A DNA stretch of 64,000 nucleotides. Origin: Candidatus Eiseniibacteriota bacterium (GTDB taxonomy: Bacteria; Eisenbacteria; RBG-16-71-46). The stretch lies in assembly GCA_963717935.1 (NCBI GenBank), contig CAVQXP010000004.1, positions 352,001 through 416,000 on the forward strand, written 5' to 3'. Shown piece by piece: positions 45,290-54,696 of this stretch; within the stretch, counting starts at the first letter, position 1, and each line of letters begins with the position of its first letter. Made by a program: the position numbers and the translations under genes. The notes beneath the pieces are model-generated. The model saw nothing but the letters and a program-made list of their open reading frames with translations, had not been told where the DNA came from and did not search any database.

Positions 45290-46489
45290 CTAGGAGTTCC
45301 GGAAGCTCGCCACCACGGCCACGGCGCGGCGCGGCGTGTGCGGCACGCGGCGGTCGTGGCCGCAGCGCACCAGCATGAGCGGCTCCTCGCCGGTCGCGCC
45401 GAAGCGGCGCAACAGCGGGCCACGGAAGCGCTCGAGCTCGAGTGGCGCGTTCATGGGCTGGTGCGCCAGTCCAAGCTGCGTGGCCTTGAGCGCCAGTCGC
45501 TCGTAGGCCTGCCCGCCCAGGAACCAGGCCGACTCGTCGCGGACCGTGGTCGTGAGCAGCGCCACGGCGCCCGCACTGCGCACGCCCTCTCTCGCGCGCT
45601 TGGCCAGGCTGCCCGCGCCGAAGCGCAGGAACCACGAGTCGGGGTCGTAGTAGCGGCCCGCGAACCAGTTCGCCGGGCCGCTCATGCCGAGCGCGTCCAC
45701 CGGCACGCCGTCGCCGCGCCGCGCCGCGTCCCGCAGGCTGGTGCGCAGCCAGAGGTGCTGCTCCGTCTGGATGCGCCGGTTCGAGACCTGCGCGTGCACG
45801 GCGTCGTGGACCAGGTCGGCCAGATCGCGGAGCGCATCGCGGCCGTCCAGCCAGTGCAGGCGCGGGCCGTCCGCCACCTGGGCGTTCAACTGGGCGCGGA
45901 CCTGGGGCATGAGACCCCGTCCGTCGTAGTTGCGGCGGTTCGTCCGCCGGGCGGTCAGCGCGCCGAAGAGTTCGCGGTCGCGCCGCGGGCCACCGCCGTT
46001 CCAGGTCACCTCGGCCACCGCGCCACGCGCGCCCTCGTTGGGCCGGTAGCGCACGGTCGGCTGCAGCCCGTAGGCGCGGGCCGCCACGACCAGGTTCTCG
46101 AGCGCCGCGCCCAGCGAGACCATCAGGCCGCGGCGGTCCGGGTCGCTCGTGGGCAGCGCGCGCTGAGCGTCGGCGAACAGCCGGATCGACTCCGGGTCCA
46201 CCTCGAAACGCCAGGGCTGGGTGTTCCAGTCGCTGGGCGCGAGCACGGCGGCGCCGACCAGGACGCGGGCGAGGTCGAGCCCGGCGGCGGGCGCCTCCGT
46301 GGGGAGCGCCCAGGGCTGCAACGCCACCGAGCCGCCGCGCGCGCGGCGCGCCCAGGCCTCCACGGGACGGAGGGCCGTGTACGCGGCCGCACCACCCACG
46401 ACGATGAGGAACTCACGCCGGCCCAGGATCCGCGGCGGGTCCGGCTCCAGCGCTCCGAGCATCCGCGGCGGCCGCAGGGATGGTTCCAT
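45290..46489 (-). CDS. Acg-family FMN nitroreductase with twin-arginine-like N-terminus
   Basis: GRREFL, APS..NTQPW, SLGAALEN, RRTNR and G..YER..L.AT..GL motifs. Confidence 0.85.
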   Translation of the reverse strand: MEPSLRPPRMLGALEPDPPRILGRREFLIVVGGAAAYTALRPVEAWARRARGGSVALQPWALPTEAPAAGLDLARVLVGAAVLAPSDWNTQPWRFEVDPESIRLFADAQRALPTSDPDRRGLMVSLGAALENLVVAARAYGLQPTVRYRPNEGARGAVAEVTWNGGGPRRDRELFGALTARRTNRRNYDGRGLMPQVRAQLNAQVADGPRLHWLDGRDALRDLADLVHDAVHAQVSNRRIQTEQHLWLRTSLRDAARRGDGVPVDALGMSGPANWFAGRYYDPDSWFLRFGAGSLAKRAREGVRSAGAVALLTTTVRDESAWFLGGQAYERLALKATQLGLAHQPMNAPLELERFRGPLLRRFGATGEEPLMLVRCGHDRRVPHTPRRAVAVVASFRNS

Positions 46490-46606
46490 GACCCGCAGAG
46501 AGTGCGCAGCCCGCGCACCATGCGTCAACCCGACAGGACCAACCGCGTGGAAGATGGCGGCTTAGCGGGCTTGCGGCGGCCCCGGGGGCGCGGCTACGGT
46601 CGAGGC

Positions 46607-47134
46607 GTGCCCCCGGCCCGCTTCCTCACCGATTCGTCCCTCGAGTCGCTGGCCCGCCGTCTGCGCTTCCTGGGCTACGACGTGGTCACGCTCGGGGGCG
46701 CGCGGCTCGAGGAGGTCCTCGCGGCGGCGCGGCGCGAGGATCGCACCGTCCTCACCCTGAGCGCGCGGCGGCCACGACGCTGGGCGGACGTGCGGGCGAT
46801 CACGGTCGAGCGCGGCGACGAAGCGGGCGCGGTGCGGAAGGTGGCGGCGTCCTGCGAGCCCGCGGGCCCGCCCTTCAGCCGCTGTGGCGCGTGCGGCACC
46901 GCGCTCGAACGCCGGCACGCCTTCGAGGCGCGCGGCGAGGTGCCGGGCCGCGTGCTGCGCTCGGCGCCCTTCCTCCACTACTGCCCGATCTGCGGCAAGT
47001 GGTACTGGGAGGGCACGCACGTCGCGCGCATCCGCGAGTGGCTCGAGCAGGCGCTCGGCCGCCCGCTGGCGCCGCCGGGAGACGCGCCGGGGCCGGACCG
47101 GGACGGCGCCCACGGCTCTGCTCGAGTGGACTGA
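46607..47134 (+). CDS. Mut7-C (PIN-like) RNase domain protein
   Basis: FL.D..L..LAR.LR.LGYD, R..LT, FSRC..C and CP.CGK.YW.G.H motifs. Confidence 0.88.
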   Translation: MPPARFLTDSSLESLARRLRFLGYDVVTLGGARLEEVLAAARREDRTVLTLSARRPRRWADVRAITVERGDEAGAVRKVAASCEPAGPPFSRCGACGTALERRHAFEARGEVPGRVLRSAPFLHYCPICGKWYWEGTHVARIREWLEQALGRPLAPPGDAPGPDRDGAHGSARVD

Positions 47135-47228
47135 CGACCAGGCCCACCTCCCACTCTGCATCGCGGCGGGATCGCGGGCGGGTGGGGCGGCCGGCCGGGG
47201 CATTCCACTCGCGTCACGGCCACACGCC

Positions 47229-48098
47229 TCACCGGCTCCGCGGAGTCATCTCCAATACGGCAAGTCGCGTCGTGCCCGGCATGTTTCGACGGACGTATTC
47301 GAGTTCTTCCCGGTCGTGATACGTGTCGTCCTCGGGCATCCAGTGGAGGGGGATGATGATCGCCGGTTTCACGAGCCCTGCGAAGCGGACCACGTCCCTG
47401 CCCGAGAGCGCATAGGGCTTCCGGACATTCAGTACGGCGATGTCGATGTCGGCAAGCGACTCCATCTCCGGAGTCAGGCCCGTGTCGCCGGAGCAGTAGA
47501 TCCGGACCCCCTCGAGGCAGAGGACGAAACCGAGATACCCTGACGCCCCTGGATGGCTGGCGTTGCGGGCGGAAATGCCTTCGACCTCCACGCCGTCCAC
47601 ATGAGCCGTTTGCCCAGGGGCCAGGGCGACGGCATCCCAACCGGCAAGGGCGCGGACGACTCCCTCGATCGAGACGACTCTGGTGTCTTCCTTCGACAGG
47701 ACCTCGAGGGTCTGCGGGGAGAAGTGGTCGCCGTGATCGTGGGTCACCAGCACGATGTCGGCCTTGGGAAGCGCGTCCACGTCCACCAGGTCGACGGGAT
47801 CCAGATAGATGACTCGCTCCTCGCTCTGGATCTTGATCGCGGTGTGCCCGTAGGGATTCGTCGACCGGAGCCAGGCGATCTTCTGGACCAGCCGTGAGAC
47901 CTCGTCCCGGCCCCGCGGTGCAGCCACCCGTGAAGTGACGCCAGGCGTTGGAGGAAGAGGCGCACGCGTTCCCGTTGCCGCCGGCGTGACTGAAGCAGGT
48001 GGCGTCGCCTGCTCGACGCGCGCTTCAGCACACCCGGCCAACGACCATGCGACCAGGCCCGGCCAGACCAGCGCCTGGAGTCCCCGCGGATGGTTCAT
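47229..48098 (-). CDS. MBL-fold metallo-hydrolase lipoprotein
   Basis: LAGC lipobox; IYLDP, THDHGDH, SGDT and IPLHW motifs. Confidence 0.88.
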   Translation of the reverse strand: MNHPRGLQALVWPGLVAWSLAGCAEARVEQATPPASVTPAATGTRAPLPPTPGVTSRVAAPRGRDEVSRLVQKIAWLRSTNPYGHTAIKIQSEERVIYLDPVDLVDVDALPKADIVLVTHDHGDHFSPQTLEVLSKEDTRVVSIEGVVRALAGWDAVALAPGQTAHVDGVEVEGISARNASHPGASGYLGFVLCLEGVRIYCSGDTGLTPEMESLADIDIAVLNVRKPYALSGRDVVRFAGLVKPAIIIPLHWMPEDDTYHDREELEYVRRNMPGTTRLAVLEMTPRSR

Positions 48099-48295
48099 CG
48101 TCGTGATCCTCTCTCTGGCTGGAGTACCCCGGTCGGCGGTGGAATCGCCGGCCATGACCTGTGTGACGCTGTCTGTCTTCCGGTCAGAGGCGACATCTTC
48201 AATCCTTTCCGAGTCGGGCCTGCCCCCAGTCTAGCGCGGGCACGAGGGCGCCGGGGCGCGGCGCCACGTAAGGGATCCCGCGCTCGTAGCCCTCC

Positions 48296-48510
48296 AGCCG
48301 GGCACCGTCGAGGGCCGCGTCACTTCGACGAAGAACCGGCCGACGAGGGCCAGCCGGGATTCTGGACCAGCGCGTTGTGCTCGATGAACCTGTCGTCGTC
48401 CAGGGAGATCGCGCCGGCGTGCAGGACGGGCCAGTGCGCCGCGGCGACCACGGCCACCACGAGCGCCAGGGCCGCGACCGGCGCGAGCCAGCGGGCAGGG
48501 CCGGCTCGGG
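48296..48510 (-). pseudogene. Frameshifted N-terminal remnant of a TMTC-like (GT-C/TPR) membrane protein
   Basis: WLAPVAALALVVAVVAAAHWPVLHAGAISLDDDRFIEHNALVQNPGW, then a frame change to VGRFFVEVTRPSTVPG. Confidence 0.55.
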
Positions 48511-48927
48511 ATCACCGGCTCTCGCGACGCAGACAGCGGCCGCAAGCCCGAGGACCGTGAACAACGACAACCGCCGAAGCGCACCTGTCCTGGTTGCACC
48601 CCCTGTACGTGGACCGCCTGCTCGGCGGGATCGAGCAGGACTCAACCACGAGCGAGCGCTTCCGCTCTTCCGCCATCCCCGCCGGTCGTGGGGCGGGGCA
48701 CGAGCCGCGCCGGGGGAGTCGCGTCGTCACCGTTCAAGCCCAGCCCCGGCCGACGGCGTGCATTCACAGGAATCCAGCGCCCCGGCGGCCGGTTCATCGC
48801 CGTCGGCCGCGCCGGGCCCGCGCCGGCGCCCCGAACCCGCCTGCGGCCCTGTGCTAGACTCGTCCGTCGTCAGGCCACCGGACCCGCGGTGCGGGTACGC
48901 CGCTCCAGCCGAGGCACTCCCCCCCGC

Positions 48928-49794
48928 ATGGACCTCAGTCTCATCCTCGTCAACTACAAGTCGCGCGAGCCCCTGCTCGTCTGCCTGCGCGCGCTGCGGG
49001 ACGACGCCCGGGCCGCGGGGATCCGGACCGAGACCGTCGTCGTGGACAACGACTCGCGCGACGGCACGCCCGAGGCGCTGGCGGCGGAGTTCCCGGACGC
49101 GCGGCTCATCGCCAACCGCGAGAACGTGGGCTACGCCCGGGCGGTGAACCAGGGACTGGCCGCGACCGCAGCGCCCTTCGCGCTGGTGCTGAACCCCGAC
49201 TGCACGGTGCGGGCCGGCGCGTTGCGCGCGCTGCTCGACCACGCGGCGGCGCATCCGCGCGCCGGGCTCATCGGCCCCAGGATCCTCAACCCCGACGGCT
49301 CGCTCGAGTACTCGGCGCGCGCCTTCCCCGACCACCTCACCTTCCTCTTCAACCGCTATTCGCTCCTCACCCGGCTGTTCCCGGGCAACCGCTTCTCCCG
49401 GCGCTACCTGCTGACCGACTGGGACCACGCCTCGGCGCGCGACGTGGACTGGATCTCGGGCGCCTGCATGCTGGCGCGCCGCTCGGCGGTCGAGCGGGTC
49501 GGCGGCATGGACGAGGCCTTCTTCATGTTCAACGAGGACGTGGACTGGTGCCACCGCATGAAGCCGGCCGGCTGGACCGTGACCTACGAGCCGGCCGCGG
49601 TCGTGGTGCACCACGTCGGCGCCAGCCGCTCGCGCGTCGCGGCGCGCGTCATCTGGGGCCGGCACCTGGGCATGATCCACTACTTTCACAAGCACCACCC
49701 GACGAACCCGCTGCTCTCGCTCCCGGCCGACGCCCTCATCCTGCTCCGCGCGGGCCTGATGGTCCTGGCGAACGCGCTGAGGCTGCGCGGATGA
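48928..49794 (+). CDS. GT2 glycosyltransferase (WbbL-like)
   Basis: SLILVNY, VVDNDS.DGT, NVGYARA.N, LNPD, DWISGACML and F.EDVDWC motifs. Confidence 0.93.
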   Translation: MDLSLILVNYKSREPLLVCLRALRDDARAAGIRTETVVVDNDSRDGTPEALAAEFPDARLIANRENVGYARAVNQGLAATAAPFALVLNPDCTVRAGALRALLDHAAAHPRAGLIGPRILNPDGSLEYSARAFPDHLTFLFNRYSLLTRLFPGNRFSRRYLLTDWDHASARDVDWISGACMLARRSAVERVGGMDEAFFMFNEDVDWCHRMKPAGWTVTYEPAAVVVHHVGASRSRVAARVIWGRHLGMIHYFHKHHPTNPLLSLPADALILLRAGLMVLANALRLRG

Positions 49795-49834
49795 GCGGGC
49801 TGCGGGCGGACCCCGCGGGACGGAAGGCGCGCTG

Positions 49835-50887
49835 ATGCCCTATTCACTCACGCTCGCACTGGCCGCCTGCCTCCTGATGCTGGCACTCACGCCCGCGGTG
49901 ATGATGCTGGCGCGACGCGTCGGCGCGCTCGACCACCCGGGACCGCGCCGCATCCACCGCGTGCCGGTGCCCACGATGGGCGGGCTCGCCTTCGTCGTGG
50001 TGGTGCTGGGCGTGGCGTGGCTGGCTCGCGCGCTGCCCGGGCCGGCGCGCATGCTGGAGATGCGGCCGCTGCTCGGGCTCACGCTGGCCGCGATCCCGCT
50101 GCTCGCGCTCGGCCTCGTGGACGATCTGCGCGGCGCCGGGCCCTGGACCAAGCTCGCGGTCCAGGCCTGCTCGGCGATGGTGCTCGTGCACTTCGGCTAC
50201 GGCGTGCCGCTGCTCACGAACCCGTTCGGCGCGCCCCTCGACCTGGGGATCCTGAGCGGGCCGCTGGCCGTCGTCTGGGTGCTGCTGGTGGTGAATGCCA
50301 TCAACCTGATCGACGGGCTCGACGGCCTCGCCTCCGGCGTGGTGCTCATCGCCGCGGCCACGCTCTGGTGGGTGGGCCGCACGCACTCGGACCTGTACGT
50401 GATGTTCATCGCCTCGCTGCTGATCGGCGCCACGCTGGGCTTCCTGCGCTGGAACTTCCCGCCGGCTCGCGTCTTCATGGGCGACACCGGCAGCCACTTC
50501 CTCGGGCTCGCGTTGGCCGCCGTCGCGCTGCTCGAGAACCGCAAGGAGACCGCGGCGGTGACCCTGCTCTTCCCGCTGGTCGCCCTGGGCGTGCCCGTCG
50601 CCGACAGCCTGCTCGCCTTCGTGCGGCGGTTGGGCAGCGGCCGGCACGTGTTCCACGCCGATCGCGAGCACATCCACCACCGCCTGCTCAGCCTCGGGCT
50701 CTCGCCACGCAGCGCATTGCTCGTGCTGTGGGGACTGTGCGCCGTCTTCGGCGTGACGGCCGTGGTGCTCGCCGCGCAGCCGCGCAGCCTGGCACTGCTG
50801 GTGGTGCTGCTGCTGGCGCTGGTCTTGTTCGTCGTCTTCGAGATCCTCACGGCCATCGGCCGCAAGGGACGCGACCCCGAACGCTGA
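49835..50887 (+). CDS. wecA: Undecaprenyl-phosphate GlcNAc-1-phosphate transferase (WecA/MraY family)
   Basis: D.P..RRIH..P.P.MGG, GLVDD, NAINLIDGLDGL, FMGD.GS and D..HIHHRL motifs. Confidence 0.9.
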   Translation: MPYSLTLALAACLLMLALTPAVMMLARRVGALDHPGPRRIHRVPVPTMGGLAFVVVVLGVAWLARALPGPARMLEMRPLLGLTLAAIPLLALGLVDDLRGAGPWTKLAVQACSAMVLVHFGYGVPLLTNPFGAPLDLGILSGPLAVVWVLLVVNAINLIDGLDGLASGVVLIAAATLWWVGRTHSDLYVMFIASLLIGATLGFLRWNFPPARVFMGDTGSHFLGLALAAVALLENRKETAAVTLLFPLVALGVPVADSLLAFVRRLGSGRHVFHADREHIHHRLLSLGLSPRSALLVLWGLCAVFGVTAVVLAAQPRSLALLVVLLLALVLFVVFEILTAIGRKGRDPER

Positions 50888-51001
50888 ATCGCCCCGCACG
50901 CGGCGAAGGCCGCCCGAACCGGACCCCGAGGGCGCGGGACCCCGGGGACACCACCCTCCAGACCCCACCACCCGGTCCCGGCCCTGGCTCGACTTCCGAT
51001 T

Positions 51002-51017
51002 TGCACGGTCCGTGCCA
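51002..51017 (-). promoter_or_regulatory. Sigma54-type promoter pointing antisense into wecA
   Basis: Minus strand reads TGGCACGGACCGTGCA (GG-N10-GC). Confidence 0.5.
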
Positions 51018-51183
51018 CCGGCGGACCGCACGCCCGGCGCGCGCGGGGCGCTGCCGGCGCGTCGGGCCACCGTCCATCCGCGTCGGCTCGCCGACGCTTC
51101 CCGGCCCGAGCCTGCCCGCGGAATCGGCGTGCGGCCGACCGATGCGAACGAGCGAGCGCCCCGGTGACGGGGAGGGAGGGAAA

Positions 51184-51223
51184 CGACGAAGGCGCGGGAG
51201 GTCGTTCTCCCGCGCCCTCGTCG
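51184..51223 (-). terminator. Intrinsic terminator after the OMP pair
   Basis: CGACGA-A-GGCGCGGGAG / CTCCCGCGCC-C-TCGTCG stem with a short U run on the minus strand. Confidence 0.65.
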
Positions 51224-51242
51224 ATTCCGGTCCCCGGGGCCG

Positions 51243-51932
51243 TCAGTACGTGATCGAGTAGTCCAGCTTCACGCTCCAGAGCGTCCGCGACTTCGATTCG
51301 GTCTCGGCGAACAGCAGCGGCATGTCCGGGCTGGATGGGCCCTTCAGATCGAGGAGCAGGTCGTCGAGCTTGGACCGGTCACCGTCCGGACCCGGGAAGG
51401 CGGGATTCGCGTCCGGCTTGTCCACCGTGGCCATGCGCACATCCAGGCCGAGCAACCCCTGCTTGTGGACCGGGACGTGCATCCCGCAGGCCAGGTAGCG
51501 ACCCGGGGTGAAGTTGCTCTCGTCGGCTCCGGTCCGGTAGCGCTTGTGGTAGAAGGCGCCCGCACCGATGCCCGCGTAGGGGTAGACCGCCGCGCCCCAG
51601 CGCGAGTACCGCATCACCTCGAGCGTGAGGGGAATTTCGATCTCCGACGCGGCGCCGAAACGGCCCAGCAGGTCGTAATGGGCGAATGCGCCGACGGACC
51701 ACCTGTCGAGCACGAACCGCCGATAGCCGAACCCGCCTCCGCCCAGCCCGCTGGTCGCTGCATCGCCGGCGGCCTTGGCGTAGCCGGCGCGCACCGACAT
51801 CCACTGGCTGCCCTGCTTCAGAATGTCCCCGGCGGCATCCGAGGAGTCGGCCGCGAACACCGGCACGGCCGCGGCGCCGGCCAGCACCACCGCCATCAGG
51901 GCGGCCGCACACGTCATCCGATACCCGTTCAA
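51243..51932 (-). CDS. Outer-membrane beta-barrel protein
   Basis: Signal peptide; amphipathic strands, YPYAGIGAG, C-terminal aromatic (YSITY); TTG start after AAGGAG. Confidence 0.75.
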   Translation of the reverse strand: MNGYRMTCAAALMAVVLAGAAAVPVFAADSSDAAGDILKQGSQWMSVRAGYAKAAGDAATSGLGGGGFGYRRFVLDRWSVGAFAHYDLLGRFGAASEIEIPLTLEVMRYSRWGAAVYPYAGIGAGAFYHKRYRTGADESNFTPGRYLACGMHVPVHKQGLLGLDVRMATVDKPDANPAFPGPDGDRSKLDDLLLDLKGPSSPDMPLLFAETESKSRTLWSVKLDYSITY

Positions 51933-51942
51933 TGGTCGCTCC

Positions 51943-52575
51943 TTAGTTTCCGGTGGGCCCGAACCCGATGGTGACCCCGGTCGTCCACAGGCTCACCTCG
52001 GTGTCCCTGGCGTAGATGCGGTGGTAGAGAGCCTCGAATCCGAGAGAGGTTCCGCCCACGACGCGGCAGCGCAGTCCCACCCCGGCGTTGACGCCGGCCT
52101 TGCTCGCCTGCTCGACGCCGCCCAGCGTCGTGCCGGCCGAGGCGGTCGAGACGTCCTGACTGTAGCGGATGGAGTAGGTCCCCGCGCCCGCGCGCAGGTA
52201 CGGCGCGAAGCGGCCGCGCTCGAACACGAACGCCTTGGCGTACAGACCGAGTTCGGTGATCGACCAGCGCTCCGCCAGCGTGATGGTCACGATTCGCTCG
52301 GTGCTGGGCTCGAAGATGTCGATCTCGTCCCCGTCGTGCACACCGAGGTTGTTGAAGTAGGTGTAATCCACCCCCGCCGCGAGCCACCGGGTCACCCGGT
52401 AGCCGGCGCTCATTCCCGCCATCATGCCGGACTGGGCGATATCGCTGAACGCGCCGGTCGGCGCCTGGCTTCCCAGCGTCACTGTCACCATGCTCTCGGC
52501 GGCCGCCATGACCGCCTGCGGGGCCATGCACGGCAACAGCAGTGCACTGGCCACCATCATCCACCTCTTCGACAT
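51943..52575 (-). CDS. Outer-membrane beta-barrel (OmpA-like 8-strand) protein
   Basis: SD GAGGAGG; signal peptide; APYLRAGAG.Y, G.NAG.G and EALYH motifs. Confidence 0.8.
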   Translation of the reverse strand: MSKRWMMVASALLLPCMAPQAVMAAAESMVTVTLGSQAPTGAFSDIAQSGMMAGMSAGYRVTRWLAAGVDYTYFNNLGVHDGDEIDIFEPSTERIVTITLAERWSITELGLYAKAFVFERGRFAPYLRAGAGTYSIRYSQDVSTASAGTTLGGVEQASKAGVNAGVGLRCRVVGGTSLGFEALYHRIYARDTEVSLWTTGVTIGFGPTGN

Positions 52576-52867
52576 CGGACGGCCTCCTCTCATGGCTTTC
52601 CGCGTGCGAATACGTCTGTAACCGGCCCGGTCGGGGCACCCGCAACCGCGGTTTCCAGAGCCGGGCGACGTCGGGTCGAAGCTCCGCCCTACGCCCGCCG
52701 GAAGGCCCGCCTGTGCTGGCGTCAAGACGGGGAAGGTACGGTCGGCAGGGATGCCGAGTCAATGCGACCTCCGGCGACCAGACGCGCAGCCCCGCCGGCA
52801 TGCGCGCAACCGCCGCCCCGACGAAAGGGACTTCCCCTGCCGCCCCGCCTTCGCTAGTTTGCACCTC

Positions 52868-53413
52868 ATGTGCGCATGCCGTGGACCGCATCCCCCCGCC
52901 CGTGACCCGTGGTGGCGGGTTTTCGCCCTGCTCCTGAGCGTGATCCTCCTGGTCGGGCCGGTGGGTTGCGGCCGCCGGCAGACGCGCGACTCCGCGCTCA
53001 GCTTCGAGGACCTCTCCGACACCGCCGGGATCGCGCGTGGCGCGCCGATCCTCACCTCGTTCGAGCCGTACCGCATCACCGGCCAGGCGCTGCGCGTGCG
53101 CGGCACCGCGAGCCTGCCCGACGGCGCGCGCCTGCAGGTCTCCATCGTGCGCGTGGCGACGGGCGAAACGGTCCTGGTAGCACAGGTGACGGTCGAGGAC
53201 GGGACCTTCGAGACCGCGCCGCTGATGGGCCCGCGCGGCCCGCTGCCGGTGGACCTCTATCGCTTCGATGTGCTCGCGCACTTCAACTCCACCTGGCAGC
53301 CGGAACCGGTGCTGCGGGCCACCCACGACGGCCGCTCGCTCCGGGGTCCGGGCATCACCCGGGGCAGGGGCGGGCAGCCAGCCTTCTTCCTACGCGAGGA
53401 GCGCCGCCTGTGA
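52868..53413 (+). CDS. Hypothetical lipoprotein
   Basis: Hydrophobic stretch then PVGC; VRG.A.LPDGARL.V Ig-like region; GTGA-coupled to the GNAT gene; start uncertain. Confidence 0.7.
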   Translation: MCACRGPHPPARDPWWRVFALLLSVILLVGPVGCGRRQTRDSALSFEDLSDTAGIARGAPILTSFEPYRITGQALRVRGTASLPDGARLQVSIVRVATGETVLVAQVTVEDGTFETAPLMGPRGPLPVDLYRFDVLAHFNSTWQPEPVLRATHDGRSLRGPGITRGRGGQPAFFLREERRL

Positions 53414-54696
53414 GCACCCGATCCCAGCGACCGCCCGCGATGCGCTACCGTCCCGCGCGCCGCACCGACGTCGAGACCCTGGCCGAACTCGGGCTGCTCG
53501 CGTACCGGGTCTCGAGTTTCGAGAAGCGCCGCGAGTTCTACACCGACCACCCGCGTTTCTCCCTGCGCGACGTGCGCGTGGGCGAACTGGAGGGGCGGAT
53601 CGTCGCCTCGCTCGTGCTCTACCCGCTGACCGCCTGGGTGCGCGGCCAGCGCGTTCCACTCTCGGGCGTGGGCTCGGTCGCGGTCTCGCCCGAGCACCGC
53701 CGTCGCGGTGTGGGCGAGACGCTCCTGCGCTCGGCGCTGCGCGAGCTGCGCCAGCGCGGCAGCGCCTTCTCCGCCCTGTACGCCTTCCGCGGCTCGTACT
53801 ATCGCAAGCTCGGCTACGGGGTCATCGAGGTCGTGCAGCAGCTCGCCGTCTCGCCCGCGAACCTGCCCGCCTCCGACGAGACGCGCCGCGTGCGCCGCCT
53901 GTTGCTCCCCGACCGCCCCGCTGTCGAGGCACTCTACGAGCGCGTCGCGGCGCAGGGTCACTTCGCGCTGGCGCGCACGCGCGAGTGGTGGGCGCAGCGG
54001 CTGTGGGGCTACCCCGGCGACTGGGTCGTATACGAGGGCCGGCGCCGCGGACAGATCGAGGGCTATCTGCACTACGAGGTGGACACGACGCACGGCCCGT
54101 TCCGCCTCGGCCTCACGCTGACCGAGTTCCTCGCCGCGAGTCCCGAGGCGCATCGCGGGCTGGTGGGCTACCTCGCCTCGCTCGCCGACCAGGTCCAGGA
54201 GATCCACCACGCGGCGCCCGGCGACAATCTCTGGCTCGCCACGCTCGAGACCGCGCAGAACCTGCGTCCCGGCGCCGAGATCGGCGTGCTCCTCGACACC
54301 GGTGGCGTGGCGCACGGCGCGATGCTGCGCGTGACCGACGTGAAGGCGGGACTCGAGTCCCTGCCCGTGGCCCCGCACGCGCGCGGCGAGGTCGTGCTCG
54401 ACGTGGACGATCCGGTCCTGCCGCAGAATTCGCGCGCGTGGCGCGTGGTCGCGCGCGACGGCTGGCTGCACGTGAAACCCGAGGCCGCGGGGGCCGGGCG
54501 CCCGCCGAAGGCAGCTCGCGTGCGCCTGCCGCGCCTGAAGGTGCCGGCCGACGCGCTGGGGCCCCTGCTCGCGGGCACGCTCTCCGCGACGGGTGCGGCG
54601 GCCGCCGGGCTCATCGAGTCGAGCGGCGGGGCCGAGGTCGTCGAGTCCTGGTTCCGCACCAAGCCGGCGTTCCTCTACCCGATGAACGTGTTCTGA
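53410..54696 (+). CDS. Eis-like GNAT acetyltransferase (double GNAT + SCP-2-like)
   Basis: V.SVAVSPEHRRRG.G, SALY....YYRKLGY, MLRV.DV...L and L.V.D motifs; C-terminal F. Confidence 0.9.
   Translation: MSTRSQRPPAMRYRPARRTDVETLAELGLLAYRVSSFEKRREFYTDHPRFSLRDVRVGELEGRIVASLVLYPLTAWVRGQRVPLSGVGSVAVSPEHRRRGVGETLLRSALRELRQRGSAFSALYAFRGSYYRKLGYGVIEVVQQLAVSPANLPASDETRRVRRLLLPDRPAVEALYERVAAQGHFALARTREWWAQRLWGYPGDWVVYEGRRRGQIEGYLHYEVDTTHGPFRLGLTLTEFLAASPEAHRGLVGYLASLADQVQEIHHAAPGDNLWLATLETAQNLRPGAEIGVLLDTGGVAHGAMLRVTDVKAGLESLPVAPHARGEVVLDVDDPVLPQNSRAWRVVARDGWLHVKPEAAGAGRPPKAARVRLPRLKVPADALGPLLAGTLSATGAAAAGLIESSGGAEVVESWFRTKPAFLYPMNVF

Noticed and set aside
40821..46489. Microcin B17-like RiPP cluster
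   Set aside because: No YcaO/cyclodehydratase or precursor; the nitroreductase is Acg-type and convergent.
52590..52720. TPP or cobalamin riboswitch upstream of the OMPs (GCGTAGGG fragment)
   Set aside because: Core motifs (CUGAGA, ACCUG, B12 box) are absent.
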